Source: Pedobacter sp.
GTDB lineage: Bacteria; Desulfobacterota; Desulfuromonadia; Desulfuromonadales; Syntrophotaleaceae
Length of the DNA stretch: 64,000 bases
Reading direction: 5' to 3'
Assembly: GCA_050253415.1 (NCBI GenBank)
Contig: JBFWJC010000001.1
Span: 224,001-288,000 of the forward strand
This document shows positions 23,989 through 33,897 of this stretch, piece by piece (position 1 is the first letter of the stretch; every line of letters starts with the position of its first letter). The notes beneath the pieces are model-generated. The model was not told the DNA's origin. It ran no database searches and saw only the letters and a list, made by a program, of their open reading frames with translations. The translations under genes were made by a program, and so were the position numbers.

Positions 23989-24994
23989 TGGCAACACCTC
24001 CGCAGGCGACCTGCTCCAGCTTGCGAATGGCGGGCGGTTCGCCGAGGGTGATAAGAATATCTTCGGCTTGAATGGTCGTATCGGATTCGGGGTTAAACAG
24101 CATCATACCACTGCTTTTTTTGATGGCTATGATCATGATCCCCCAGGCGCGGCGAATGTCCGAGGATACAAGGGATTTGTCCACCAGGGAAGAGGTGGGG
24201 GCCACGCGGATTTCTTCGAGTTGCAGCTCAAAACTTTCGCTGCCTACCGCAATATCGATAAAATCGACCACCGACGGTCTCAACACTGCCCAGGCCATAC
24301 GGCTGGCACCGATACGGTAAGGCGAAATGACCTTGGAAGCCCCGGCGCGTTTGAGTTTGATTTCGGACCCTTCTTCAACGCTGCGGGCCAGGATAAACAG
24401 ATCGGGGTTCAGGCCGCGAGCGGTCAAGGTGATGTAGACGTTGGCCGATTCCGAGGTGACGGCGGTTATCAGGCCTTTAGCCCGCTGGATACCGGCTTGG
24501 ATCAAGGTGTCGTCGTCGGTTGCATCCCCCTGTACGAACAGAGCACCCTCTCTGGACAAGCTTTCGCAGATGGCGGGGTCACGCTCCACGATAACAAAGG
24601 GGACCGGGCGGGACCGGAATTCCTGACTGATAAGCGTTCCGATGCGACCGTAACCGCAGATGATGTAATGACCTTCCATCTTATTGATGCGTTTTTCCAA
24701 TTTTCTTCTCCCGAGAATGCGTTGGATTTGCCCCTCCACCATCAATTGCAGCAAGCTTCCTGCAGCGTAAGTAATGGTGGCAACACCAAAGACGATGAGG
24801 CCGATGGTAAAAATCTTGCCTTCCGTGGAAAGGTCGTGTACCTCTTTATAACCGACGGTTGCCAACGTGATAACCGTCATATAAAGGGCGTCAAGGAGAT
24901 CCCACCCTTCAATCAAGGTATAGCCGATGGTGCCCAGCCCAACAGCCAGGATCAGAATCAACAGGGAAAAACGCAAGTGGCGGACAGGATGCAT
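23981..24994 (-). CDS. 2TM potassium channel protein with TrkA-N/TrkA-C (RCK) domains
   Basis: Two TM helices around TLATVGYKE, HYIICGYGRIG Rossmann motif; ATG at 24994. Confidence 0.88.
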   Translation of the reverse strand: MHPVRHLRFSLLILILAVGLGTIGYTLIEGWDLLDALYMTVITLATVGYKEVHDLSTEGKIFTIGLIVFGVATITYAAGSLLQLMVEGQIQRILGRRKLEKRINKMEGHYIICGYGRIGTLISQEFRSRPVPFVIVERDPAICESLSREGALFVQGDATDDDTLIQAGIQRAKGLITAVTSESANVYITLTARGLNPDLFILARSVEEGSEIKLKRAGASKVISPYRIGASRMAWAVLRPSVVDFIDIAVGSESFELQLEEIRVAPTSSLVDKSLVSSDIRRAWGIMIIAIKKSSGMMLFNPESDTTIQAEDILITLGEPPAIRKLEQVACGGVANV

Positions 24995-25209
24995 GGGGTC
25001 TCCGGAATCAGAGGTCTTCGGATCATAGCTTTGAACCGCTAAAAAGGCAAGCTGCGGTGGACTTTGCCTTTGTCGTGGCATTCGTGCCAGAGTGGAATTT
25101 ATAGTATTATAGAGTGAAAAAAAACATGCGCTTAGAATTTCAGCGCACAGGCGGACCGGGATCGGTAATAGCAGTATGGCTGAAAGCGGCAAACCGCAGC
25201 AGGAGAAGC

Positions 25210-26613
25210 ATGACAACCTTTGTAAAAACTCATCTTGCAGAACCGGTAAGCTGCCAAGAGGAACTGGTGAATTACCTGTTGCGGAATATAAGGCCTGCTG
25301 AGCAATGGGGTATCGGCATTGAAGTGGAAAAGCTGGTAGTCGATCGCCAAACCGGCGAGGCAGCTGATTTTTCTCGTATAGAGGCGTTGCTGCAACAGCT
25401 CGAAAGCACCAGTGGCTGGCAAGGTCAGCGAGAGGCGGGCCGTTTGATAGCCCTGATCGGTAAAGCGTCATCCGTGACCCTGGAACCGGGCGGGCAACTG
25501 GAATTATCCGGAAAATTGTGCAATGACCTGTGTTGTTGTCAACGGGACTTGTCCCACCATATCCAGCGTATTGTTGCCGCTGGCAGGCCTCTAGGCCTCA
25601 CCTTTCTGGGGTTGGGGGTGCAGCCGATAACATCGCTGCAATCCATCGATTGGCTACCCAAGCCGCGTTACGCCATCATGCGCGAGTATATGCAGCGCAC
25701 CGGCGATCGTGGCCAGCACATGATGAAGCTTAGTGCCGGCCTGCAGGTCAATCTCGATTTTTGCGACGAAGCTGACTGCATCGATAAATTTCGCACGGGT
25801 CAGTTGCTGGCGCCATTGTTTTACGCGCTGTTCGCGAACTCACCCCTGATGAACGGGCAACCGACAGGATTTTTGTCTACCCGTGGGGAGATCTGGGCGC
25901 GGACCGATCCTGATCGTTCCGGTTTGATTTTAGATATGTATCGGCCCGGCGCGGGGTTATCCACCTATGTCGAGCATGCCCTCGATGTGCCCATGTATTT
26001 TATCCAGCGGGAACAGCACCTTATAAATATGACGCACAGGCGTTTCAGTTTTCGCCAGTTTATGGCCGAAGGCTTCGAGGGCCACTACCCTACCCTGGCC
26101 GATTGGGACCTGCATCTTTCCACCCTGTTTTCCGAGGTGCGTTTGCGTCCGCAGATCGAATTGCGCAGCGCCGACAGTTTGCCGCCGCATCTGGCCATGT
26201 CGGTTGCGGCGTTGGCCAAAGGTCTGCTGTACGATGCTGAGGCTCGCTACCAGGTTGGACGTTTGCTCGACCCCGGCGACGACGCCGGACGTATGGAACT
26301 TTATCGCAACTCCTGGCGTTTGGGCTTGCGAACCCCCTGCGGCAATCATACCTTGCGGGAGGTCGCTTGCGAGGCTTTGATTCTGGCCCGGGAGGCCTTG
26401 CTCAGGCAGGGCCCCGGGCGTTGTACGGGCGCGGACGAAAGCGGTTTCCTGGATGACATGGAAGAAGTGGCGCACAGTGGCGTTACTCTGGCTGAGAGGT
26501 TGCTGCAAAACTGGAAGGGCAGCCCGGAACAACGTTTGGCAGCATTGCTGGCACACTGCGGATATCCCGAGACCATTCCGTTGGGGGATGCAGAGCCGTT
26601 GACAATCATCTGA
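25210..26613 (+). CDS. Glutamate--cysteine ligase, GCS2 family
   Basis: GIEVEK, VTLEPGGQLELSG, QVNLD, ALFANSP, HLSTLFSEVRLR, ELRSAD; AGGAG RBS. Confidence 0.88.
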   Translation: MTTFVKTHLAEPVSCQEELVNYLLRNIRPAEQWGIGIEVEKLVVDRQTGEAADFSRIEALLQQLESTSGWQGQREAGRLIALIGKASSVTLEPGGQLELSGKLCNDLCCCQRDLSHHIQRIVAAGRPLGLTFLGLGVQPITSLQSIDWLPKPRYAIMREYMQRTGDRGQHMMKLSAGLQVNLDFCDEADCIDKFRTGQLLAPLFYALFANSPLMNGQPTGFLSTRGEIWARTDPDRSGLILDMYRPGAGLSTYVEHALDVPMYFIQREQHLINMTHRRFSFRQFMAEGFEGHYPTLADWDLHLSTLFSEVRLRPQIELRSADSLPPHLAMSVAALAKGLLYDAEARYQVGRLLDPGDDAGRMELYRNSWRLGLRTPCGNHTLREVACEALILAREALLRQGPGRCTGADESGFLDDMEEVAHSGVTLAERLLQNWKGSPEQRLAALLAHCGYPETIPLGDAEPLTII

Positions 26614-26663
26614 AAGACCGATGTTCCGGGCACGGTACATCGATTATAGCGAGGAGGACAGTC

Positions 26664-28658
26664 ATGGAACTTGAAATGCTGGATCAAAAGCTGGCTCGGG
26701 AATCTATCGACACCATTCGACTGCTATCCGCCGATGGGGTTGAAAAGGCCCGTTCCGGGCATCCAGGCACCCCCATGGAAGCCTCTCCCATCGCTTACCT
26801 CCTCTACACGCGCCACCTGCGTCATAATCCGGCCAACCCCGAATGGGCGGGCCGCGATCGTTTCATTCTTTCCTGCGGCCACGCCTCCATGCTTCTCTAC
26901 AGCATCCTGCATCTGACCGGATATGATCTGTCATTGGATGACCTGAAACAGTTCCGACAACTCGACAGTCGGACTCCGGGACATCCGGAATTCGGACACA
27001 CACCCGGCGTCGAAACCACCACCGGCCCGCTTGGACAAGGGGTAGCGGTCGGTGTCGGCATGGCCATGGGGGCACGGATGTTGGCAGATAAGGTCCATGC
27101 GGAGCTGTTCGATTACCGGATTTACGCTCTGTGCTCCGACGGCGACATGATGGAAGGGGTCGCCGCGGAGGCGGCCTCGCTGGCCGGCCACCTGCAGTTG
27201 GGTAACCTGATTTACATTTATCTCGACAATCGGATCACCATCGAGGGACAGACCGATCTGGCTTTTAGTGACGAAACGGCGAGCAGGTTTCTGTCGTACG
27301 GCTGGCATGTACAACATGTCGAAGGCGAGAACCTGGCGGAAATCGATGCTGCCCTGGCGCGTGCCAAGGCTGATACGCGTCCTTCGCTGATCATTGCACG
27401 CACCCACATCGGGTTTGGCGCGCCCCATAAGCAGGACACCGCCGAAGCGCATGGTGCGCCGCTGGGAGACCAGGAACTGCGTCTGACCAAAGAATTCTTT
27501 GGGCGAGATCCGGAGGTCACGTTTAATGTCCCCGAAGTGGTGGCAGGCCATATGCTTGCGGTGAGGGAGCGTGGCCAGGAGCAGGAACAAGCCTGGCAGC
27601 AACAACTACGGGATGAAATGGCGAAGAACCATCCGAAGCTGGTTGCCTGGCAGCAGTCTGCTGAAAACGGCTTGCCGCCAGGGTGGCAGGCGGCGTTGCC
27701 CAGCTTTAGCGTCACCGACGGAAAGCTGGCTACCCGTCAGGCCAGTGGCGTGACTCTCAATGCCTTGGCAGAGAGTCTTCCCCTGATGCTGGGGGGATCT
27801 GCGGACCTGGCTCCGTCCAACAATACGGCCCTTAAAAAGGCGGGTTCCTTCAGACCTGGTGCGGCGGACCGGAATATTCACTTTGGCGTGCGCGAACATG
27901 CCATGGGCTCTATTCTCAATGGCTTGTCACATACCCCGGGGCTGATCCCGTTTGGCGGCACCTTCCTGATTTTTTCCGATTATATGCGGCCGCCGATACG
28001 CCTGGCCGCCATGATGGGATTGGCGCCGGTTTACGTTTTCACCCACGACTCTATCGGACTGGGCGAAGACGGCCCCACCCATCAACCCGTGGAACAGTTG
28101 GCCGCTCTGAGGGCTATTCCAAACCTTATGGTTATCCGGCCATGCGACGCCAACGAAACGGTCCAGGCCTGGCGGGCGGCTCTGGAAAATCGCAGGGGCC
28201 CCAGCGCCCTGGTGCTGACACGGCAGGGCTTGCCGGTCCTTGATCGCAATGAGTATGGGGCGGCCGAGGGGTTGCTGCGCGGTGGTTACGTGTTGGCCCG
28301 TGAAGATGGGCCGCTAGGGGTTGTGCTTATTGCCAGCGGTTCGGAGGTCGCTCTGGCGCTCGAGGCACGTGCCATGCTGCAGGTCGAAGGCATCGGTGTA
28401 CGGGTGGTGTCCCTGCCCTGCTGGGAACTGTTCGATGCTCAGCCGCAGGCGTACCGGGAGGAGGTGCTTCCTTCTGGTCCGGCGGTGCGGGTCGCTGTCG
28501 AGGCCGGTATCGGCATGGGCTGGGAGCGCTATGTCGGCTCTTCCGGTGAGGTGGTTTGCATGACCGGTTTTGGTGCCAGTGCTCCTGGCGGCACACTGAT
28601 GAAAAAATTCGGGTTTACCAGCGACCAGCTGGTGGCACGCATCAAGCCGTTGTTATAA
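26664..28658 (+). CDS. tkt: Transketolase
   Basis: SGHPG, TTGPLGQG, DGDMMEG, THDSIGLGEDGPTHQP. Confidence 0.97.
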   Translation: MELEMLDQKLARESIDTIRLLSADGVEKARSGHPGTPMEASPIAYLLYTRHLRHNPANPEWAGRDRFILSCGHASMLLYSILHLTGYDLSLDDLKQFRQLDSRTPGHPEFGHTPGVETTTGPLGQGVAVGVGMAMGARMLADKVHAELFDYRIYALCSDGDMMEGVAAEAASLAGHLQLGNLIYIYLDNRITIEGQTDLAFSDETASRFLSYGWHVQHVEGENLAEIDAALARAKADTRPSLIIARTHIGFGAPHKQDTAEAHGAPLGDQELRLTKEFFGRDPEVTFNVPEVVAGHMLAVRERGQEQEQAWQQQLRDEMAKNHPKLVAWQQSAENGLPPGWQAALPSFSVTDGKLATRQASGVTLNALAESLPLMLGGSADLAPSNNTALKKAGSFRPGAADRNIHFGVREHAMGSILNGLSHTPGLIPFGGTFLIFSDYMRPPIRLAAMMGLAPVYVFTHDSIGLGEDGPTHQPVEQLAALRAIPNLMVIRPCDANETVQAWRAALENRRGPSALVLTRQGLPVLDRNEYGAAEGLLRGGYVLAREDGPLGVVLIASGSEVALALEARAMLQVEGIGVRVVSLPCWELFDAQPQAYREEVLPSGPAVRVAVEAGIGMGWERYVGSSGEVVCMTGFGASAPGGTLMKKFGFTSDQLVARIKPLL

Positions 28659-28807
28659 AAGAAAGAGGCAGCCACTGCATGCCAATTCAGGGTGTCATGA
28701 AGGTCAAAGTATACGATTCTAAACGGTATTTTTAACAAAGGCTGCACAAGGATAGCTTTTTTTAACCTGATGTCTAAGTTGCCGCGCAGAAAAAAATTTT
28801 CAAAACG

Positions 28808-28836
28808 TGTAAACCTTGAGGGTGATCGTGCGTCTT
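28808..28836 (+). promoter_or_regulatory. Putative ECF-sigma (autoregulatory) promoter
   Basis: TGTAAAC-N16-CGTC upstream of the ECF sigma gene. Confidence 0.55.
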
Positions 28837-28872
28837 ACAAATCAAAGAGATTATCCATGTAAGGGAGCGGAT

Positions 28873-29517
28873 ATGGACTACCGCAGCACGGCAGCTGTTA
28901 TAGAGGTGGACGAAGTGCCGGAACAGCTTATCGAAGAGACACCTGACAGCGAGACTCTTTTGCTGGAAAGAATTCGCCAGGGAGATGAGTCGGCTTTTAC
29001 ACGGCTGGTTTCGGATCACTTGACACAAGTGGTCAATCTTGCCTATCGCATGCTGGGGGATAGACAGGAAGCCGAGGATCTTGCTCAGGAGGCGTTTATT
29101 CGCCTGCACCGTGCCCTGCCCTCCTTTCGTGGCGAATGCAGGATCAAGACCTGGCTGTACCGGGTGGTTTCGCGGTTGGTTATCGACCACCTCCGGCGTG
29201 AGAAGGTGCGCCGTCGTATCTTCTTTTTTCGCAAGAGTGAAGATGATCTTGATCCGGTGGACAATTGTGCCGATCCGGCGGCATCGCCCAGCGATGTATT
29301 GCTCGGGGAGGAAGCCCGTCAAAAATTATTTAAAGCTATGACGAAACTTTCCGGCAGGCAGCGGGCCGTTTTTGTGTTGCGACACCAGGAAGGCTTGCCC
29401 CTTAAGGAAATAGCAACCCTGCTCCATCTCAAGGAAGGTACGGTCAAGGCTCATTTGCATCGGGCCGTGCAGTTTTTACGTCAGGAATTTACCGACGATG
29501 AAGGGGTAACATTATGA
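28873..29517 (+). CDS. ECF RNA polymerase sigma factor
   Basis: AEDLAQEAF, TWLYRV, region 4 EIA..L..KEGTVKAHLHRA. Confidence 0.93.
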   Translation: MDYRSTAAVIEVDEVPEQLIEETPDSETLLLERIRQGDESAFTRLVSDHLTQVVNLAYRMLGDRQEAEDLAQEAFIRLHRALPSFRGECRIKTWLYRVVSRLVIDHLRREKVRRRIFFFRKSEDDLDPVDNCADPAASPSDVLLGEEARQKLFKAMTKLSGRQRAVFVLRHQEGLPLKEIATLLHLKEGTVKAHLHRAVQFLRQEFTDDEGVTL

Positions 29518-29969
29518 AACGCCGCATACAGGGAACCTGCAACGAAAAGGATCTGGTTCTTTTCCATTATGGTGAACTCGATGCCGTGGCCAGGCAGCGT
29601 CTCCTTGATCATCTCGAGGATTGCCAGGATTGCAGAGTCCGACTTGCCAGATTACAGCAGGCGTTGGCCGATCTTCCCCTGCCCGGCCTTATCCTATCCG
29701 AGGTGGAACAGCATCGTATGACAGCGATTATTACCGACCGTGCGTCTCAGCGGTCGCGACCAAAACGCTGGATGTGGGGATCGGCAATTGCGGCGGGAGC
29801 GGTGCTGGCGGTAAGCCTGTTCATTATCCCTGGTGGTCCTGGTAGTCTTCCCGGTGGGGTGCCCCGTTCGGAAACCGAAATCGGCATGCTGCAGGACCTG
29901 GAGTTGCTGCAGAATATCGAACTTTTGGAAAATATGGAGTTGTTGCAGGATCTTGAACGCATAGGTTAA
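29514..29969 (+). CDS. Zinc-binding (ZAS, zf-HC2) membrane anti-sigma factor
   Basis: HLEDCQDC motif, one TM helix, ATGA overlap with the sigma gene. Confidence 0.85.
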   Translation: MKRRIQGTCNEKDLVLFHYGELDAVARQRLLDHLEDCQDCRVRLARLQQALADLPLPGLILSEVEQHRMTAIITDRASQRSRPKRWMWGSAIAAGAVLAVSLFIIPGGPGSLPGGVPRSETEIGMLQDLELLQNIELLENMELLQDLERIG

Positions 29970-30011
29970 AGACAAGGGTCCTTAAACAGGACGCTGAAGA
30001 TGGGGGACCTG

Positions 30012-30482
30012 ATGAAAGGAATATGGTGGTTGCTTCTGCTGCTGGCGGGGTTGTTGATGGCTCCGATATCCAGCGCATGGGCCCAAAAAAATGTAAGCCG
30101 GAACCAGCAGACCTGGTTACTTGCCGACAACGGACACCGCTGGCAGGACCTGACGCCGGAACAACGCCAGGAACTCAAAGGACGGTACCGTCAATATAAA
30201 GAACTTACTCCCGATGAGCAGGAGCATTTGCGTCAGAAGTACGACAAATATCGCGACCTGTCCCCCGAGGAGCGTGAACGACTTAAACGGCGCATGGAGC
30301 GCTGGCAGAAAATGCCGGAGGATAAAAAACAGGAACTCAAACAGAGATATCAACACTATCGCCAGTTGCCCCCTGAAAAACAACAGGAACTCAGGAAAAA
30401 GTGGCAGGATCTCAGGCAATTGCCTCCGGAGCAGCGTCATAAACGCTACAAAGAGTTGCAGAAGGAATACGGTCAAGATTAA
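30012..30482 (+). CDS. Exported 18-aa-repeat helical protein (DUF3106-like)
   Basis: Signal peptide ending AWA; six (W/Y/L)xx(L/M)xP(E/D)-type repeats with 18-aa period. Confidence 0.75.
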   Translation: MKGIWWLLLLLAGLLMAPISSAWAQKNVSRNQQTWLLADNGHRWQDLTPEQRQELKGRYRQYKELTPDEQEHLRQKYDKYRDLSPEERERLKRRMERWQKMPEDKKQELKQRYQHYRQLPPEKQQELRKKWQDLRQLPPEQRHKRYKELQKEYGQD

Positions 30483-30506
30483 AGCTGAAAATTATAGGTC
30501 CCGATT

Positions 30507-30548
30507 AAAAAAAGCGCGTCCCGACAAAATAAGGGGACGCGCTTTTTT
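30507..30548. terminator. Bidirectional intrinsic terminator
   Basis: AAAAAAAGCGCGTCCC..GGGACGCGCTTTTTT between convergent genes. Confidence 0.85.
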
Positions 30549-30577
30549 AGTTAAAACAGGTACTTGTTCCTGAAATT

Positions 30578-32062
30578 CTACAAAGTGTTGCCGGCGATAG
30601 GTACAAGCTGCAGGTATGCATCGCCGCTGCCGTCGGGTTTTTTGTTGAGCAACAGCACGGCACTGACAACCCGCCCTTGGTGGTGGACCAGGGCAAAGTC
30701 AAGAATAAAAGCCTCAATCCCGGCGCAAGGTTCCGTGACCATGAGCCGTTGACCATTCCAGTGCAAAGCAACGAGATGATCCTGCCCGGAAGCTTTGCCA
30801 ACCAGGGGCAAGCCCATGGAACGCTCTCGTCGAATGGTGTAGGCGGTTCCGTCGGCTGCAATGGCTATGCGCGGCGGGAGTGTTGCCCATGTTTCACGGA
30901 CCACATCTTCTTTGCTGAAACCAGAGCGGTATTCGGGGGTTTCCAAAGGCACAGCGATGCGTGCGCCAACATACTCCCCCAGATCGTAGAGTAAAGTACC
31001 GCCGGGCAGTGGCAGACCGTTGTCAAGAGACACCAGGCGAAGCTGTTGGTCGGCGGTCCATTGCAAAGCAGTGGTCTTGTCAAGCGGGGTAATGTCGAAC
31101 AGGTTACTCTGGGCCCATGGTACCGCCTTATTACCGGCTTCCCAACCATGGGCGGTTGGGAACAACGGAAGTACAGGTCCGCTCCACACCTCGTAGGTGC
31201 CTCGGCTTTGCACCAGGCCCCTGTTGCCGATCAGGCGCACAAAAGCGTGGGGTCCATTGCTGGCGGTAAAACCTGACTGATCCGATTCGAGAATGGTGCT
31301 GCGCAACTGGGAGTCGGTTCCTTCGTAAATGCCCTTCAGGTCTTCAGCCCATACGGCGGCAAGTTCGGTGGTGCCATCGCCATCCGGGTCGCCGCTTTCA
31401 AGATACAGACCACGCATGGCTTTGTTGTCAAGAGTGTATGAGCCAAGGGGCTGCAGCACATTGTTCTGAAGGCGATACCGTGCCACCCCGGAATCGTTCT
31501 GCACGGCCAGATCGAGGATTTGCTCGGCGGTTTCAGCCAGAAATGCCAGGCTCCGTGGATTTCCCGGCAGGGGCACAGGGCCCGGCAGGTTGGAGACCTT
31601 CCGGGTTTCGGCAACTACGATAGGGGCCGCAGGTACCGGCGCGGCGATCGGATGAGCCGGCACGACTATTGGTGGCGTCGGGTCTGCAGGCTGCGCGACG
31701 GCTTGAAAAGTCGACAGAGGGTGGCGTTCGAAGGCTATAATGGCACTGTCGGCGGCCCGGCGCAAAATCGCTATGCTTGATTCTTTGCTTTCGCGCAATT
31801 CGAGAATCAGGCCGCTTCCGCCGGTAGTGAATTCGCTGACAGTCCGCACGGCAAATCCGTGCTGCAGGACCTGCTCCAGCACTTCCTGCACGGCGACCGT
31901 TTCCAGCGGGGCCTCGGCTGCAGAGAGCAGCAGCATTTCTTTGGCTCCCTGCCAGTCTGTCAGAGCTTTATCAATTTTGGGCCAGGGAATATTGACAGCG
32001 AAGGAAGTGCTGGTTATCAGCAAACAAAACAGGATGATGAGACATCGGATCGGTAATTTCAT
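30578..32062 (-). CDS. Exported hypothetical protein with FG-GAP-like motif (possible beta-propeller)
   Basis: Signal peptide, Pro/Ala linker, DPDGDGTTELA motif. Confidence 0.65.
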   Translation of the reverse strand: MKLPIRCLIILFCLLITSTSFAVNIPWPKIDKALTDWQGAKEMLLLSAAEAPLETVAVQEVLEQVLQHGFAVRTVSEFTTGGSGLILELRESKESSIAILRRAADSAIIAFERHPLSTFQAVAQPADPTPPIVVPAHPIAAPVPAAPIVVAETRKVSNLPGPVPLPGNPRSLAFLAETAEQILDLAVQNDSGVARYRLQNNVLQPLGSYTLDNKAMRGLYLESGDPDGDGTTELAAVWAEDLKGIYEGTDSQLRSTILESDQSGFTASNGPHAFVRLIGNRGLVQSRGTYEVWSGPVLPLFPTAHGWEAGNKAVPWAQSNLFDITPLDKTTALQWTADQQLRLVSLDNGLPLPGGTLLYDLGEYVGARIAVPLETPEYRSGFSKEDVVRETWATLPPRIAIAADGTAYTIRRERSMGLPLVGKASGQDHLVALHWNGQRLMVTEPCAGIEAFILDFALVHHQGRVVSAVLLLNKKPDGSGDAYLQLVPIAGNTL

Positions 32063-32106
32063 CTTTTATCCCTTGGTGCAACGCGAAGGATCTCTATCAA
32101 GAATGC

Positions 32107-32130
32107 GGCCGGTGCATGTTTGCACCGGCC
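32107..32130. repeat. GC-rich hairpin downstream of beta-barrel gene 2
   Basis: GGCCGGTGCA-tgtt-TGCACCGGCC. Confidence 0.7.
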
Positions 32131-32152
32131 ATCAATTCATGGAAATGTTTTA

Positions 32153-33619
32153 TCAGTAGGCCCAGGCCAAAGTCAGGCAGTTGACGAAAGCCGGATCATC
32201 ACCAAACTGATCCTTGATGCCGTCACCGGGCAGGAACGTGGAGAAAATGTAATCGACGGAAAAGTTTTTGCTGAAGGCGTACAGAAGTTGCACATCTAGG
32301 GTGGTCCCGGCATAATCGTCAACTTTTTTGCCGGGGTTACGTACATTGGTCAGGTTGGCGGTTTCATCGTACCAGATGAAGAAGGCCTGGGTCTTATACA
32401 GCAGTTTTGGTACCCAATGCGACAAGTCGCCCCGCGTACCGATAGCCAGTAGTTTCTGACCGGGGTTGTCCCCGCTGCCTCTGTTGCTGATGCCGCCATA
32501 GAGGTTGCTGGTTTGAGCCCTTTCGGGTGAATAGGAGTATAAGGTCGCTCCGTAGCTCTGGCCCAGGTCCTCCCCAAGAATATTGCCGTCCATGCCCATC
32601 AGGCCTGTGAAACGACCAATATCGGTAATCCCGACCCACCCTTCTACATCGTTATCGGATTTGTCATCATCACCCTGAGAGTAACGGAAGGCGATATAAG
32701 GGTTAAAGGCTTTACTTACGGTCATTTCCATACCAGCAAACATGGCCCAGCTTGAGATGTCCTTACCGTTATCAAACTCGCCATCGGCGGCGACGATTTC
32801 AAAACAGGGCTTGAACCAGCCAGCTTCGCCGGTTGCTTCCAGCCCGAAATAATGGACTTCGGCCTGGCGGGAGTCATTATCGCTAAAGGCGTAGATCGGG
32901 CTGAGGCTTAACTGGAAGTTGGGTGCCTGGCCGTCACTGTTCCCCCAGAAGGGGCTTGCCGGCAAAGTGGCACTTTTCCCGCCAAAGTCCTGAATTAGTT
33001 TAAGGCTGTAGACCCGCCAGTCATCCGCGCTGGATCCGCGCCATTCAGGTGGTTTCGCGGTACTAAGAGGATAACGGTTCTGTATAGGAATGTAGAGGGC
33101 CTCATAGCGGGTTGCTCCGAATAATTTGCCACGAAATCCAATAAAGGGATGATCATCACCGTACAGCAATCCGCCCGATTTGATATCCAGGGCACGAACA
33201 TCCCACCCCGTTTCCAGTTCCAGTTGCGGCAGGAAAGTATAGAGAAGCTCAACGCGTTCGATGCCGAATTCACCGCCGCTGTTGGGCTGAGCCTCTTTTT
33301 CAGCACCCGTATAGAATGAACGATCGGCCGTATCCTTTTCATAAATAACATCGGCTTCTGCGATCATTTTTACCGACCACTTATCTCCGGAAGCCTTCCA
33401 GCCAAGGCGCAATTCGCCGCGGATGTGTTCGCCGGCAGTGATCCCCCCTTCGTTGGCTATCGGCCCATCATCTTTACCACTCTGGAAATCGAAATTGGTG
33501 TAAAAAGTCGGCTTGATTTTGGCGGTACCGAAAAAATCGATACCAGCCGCTGCGGGCCCGGCTGGAAGCAGTGTCAGGGTCAACACGGCCAGCATCAGAC
33601 GGCGGATGTTTCGCTGCAT
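32153..33619 (-). CDS. Outer-membrane beta-barrel (porin-like) protein 2
   Basis: ATG at 33619 with AGGAGG RBS, signal peptide, amphipathic strands, C-terminal LTLAWAY. Confidence 0.75.
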   Translation of the reverse strand: MQRNIRRLMLAVLTLTLLPAGPAAAGIDFFGTAKIKPTFYTNFDFQSGKDDGPIANEGGITAGEHIRGELRLGWKASGDKWSVKMIAEADVIYEKDTADRSFYTGAEKEAQPNSGGEFGIERVELLYTFLPQLELETGWDVRALDIKSGGLLYGDDHPFIGFRGKLFGATRYEALYIPIQNRYPLSTAKPPEWRGSSADDWRVYSLKLIQDFGGKSATLPASPFWGNSDGQAPNFQLSLSPIYAFSDNDSRQAEVHYFGLEATGEAGWFKPCFEIVAADGEFDNGKDISSWAMFAGMEMTVSKAFNPYIAFRYSQGDDDKSDNDVEGWVGITDIGRFTGLMGMDGNILGEDLGQSYGATLYSYSPERAQTSNLYGGISNRGSGDNPGQKLLAIGTRGDLSHWVPKLLYKTQAFFIWYDETANLTNVRNPGKKVDDYAGTTLDVQLLYAFSKNFSVDYIFSTFLPGDGIKDQFGDDPAFVNCLTLAWAY

Positions 33620-33836
33620 GGGTTTACCTCCTGTCAAAGAAAAAGCTCCTTCCAGTATGGCCTGCTGGCAAATAGGACGGGATGTATCGGGGCAAGCGGC
33701 GATTCCGGAGGAATAAATTACATGGGGCCTTTGTCGTGACGCCGATATAGCAGGAATTACCATATCTGTCAATTTAAATAAAACAACGTTTTGACAGGAG
33801 TGAATGGTGTTCGGGGATATCAAACATAAATGCGGC

Positions 33837-33868
33837 AAAAAGAAAGCCCCGGAGGATATCCGGGGCTT
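33837..33868 (-). terminator. Intrinsic terminator
   Basis: AAGCCCCGGA/TCCGGGGCTT stem followed by a T-rich tract on the minus strand. Confidence 0.75.
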
Positions 33869-33897
33869 CGTGTGAAACGTGAAGGTGAAACAGATTT

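Noticed and set aside
24995..25471. N-terminal extension of the K+ channel ORF (track start 25471)
   Set aside because: It overlaps the divergent GCS2 gene and promoter; the channel fold starts at ATG 24994.
33743..33766. Second ModE box upstream of beta-barrel gene 2
   Set aside because: Only a left half-site (CGATATA); the right half does not fit.
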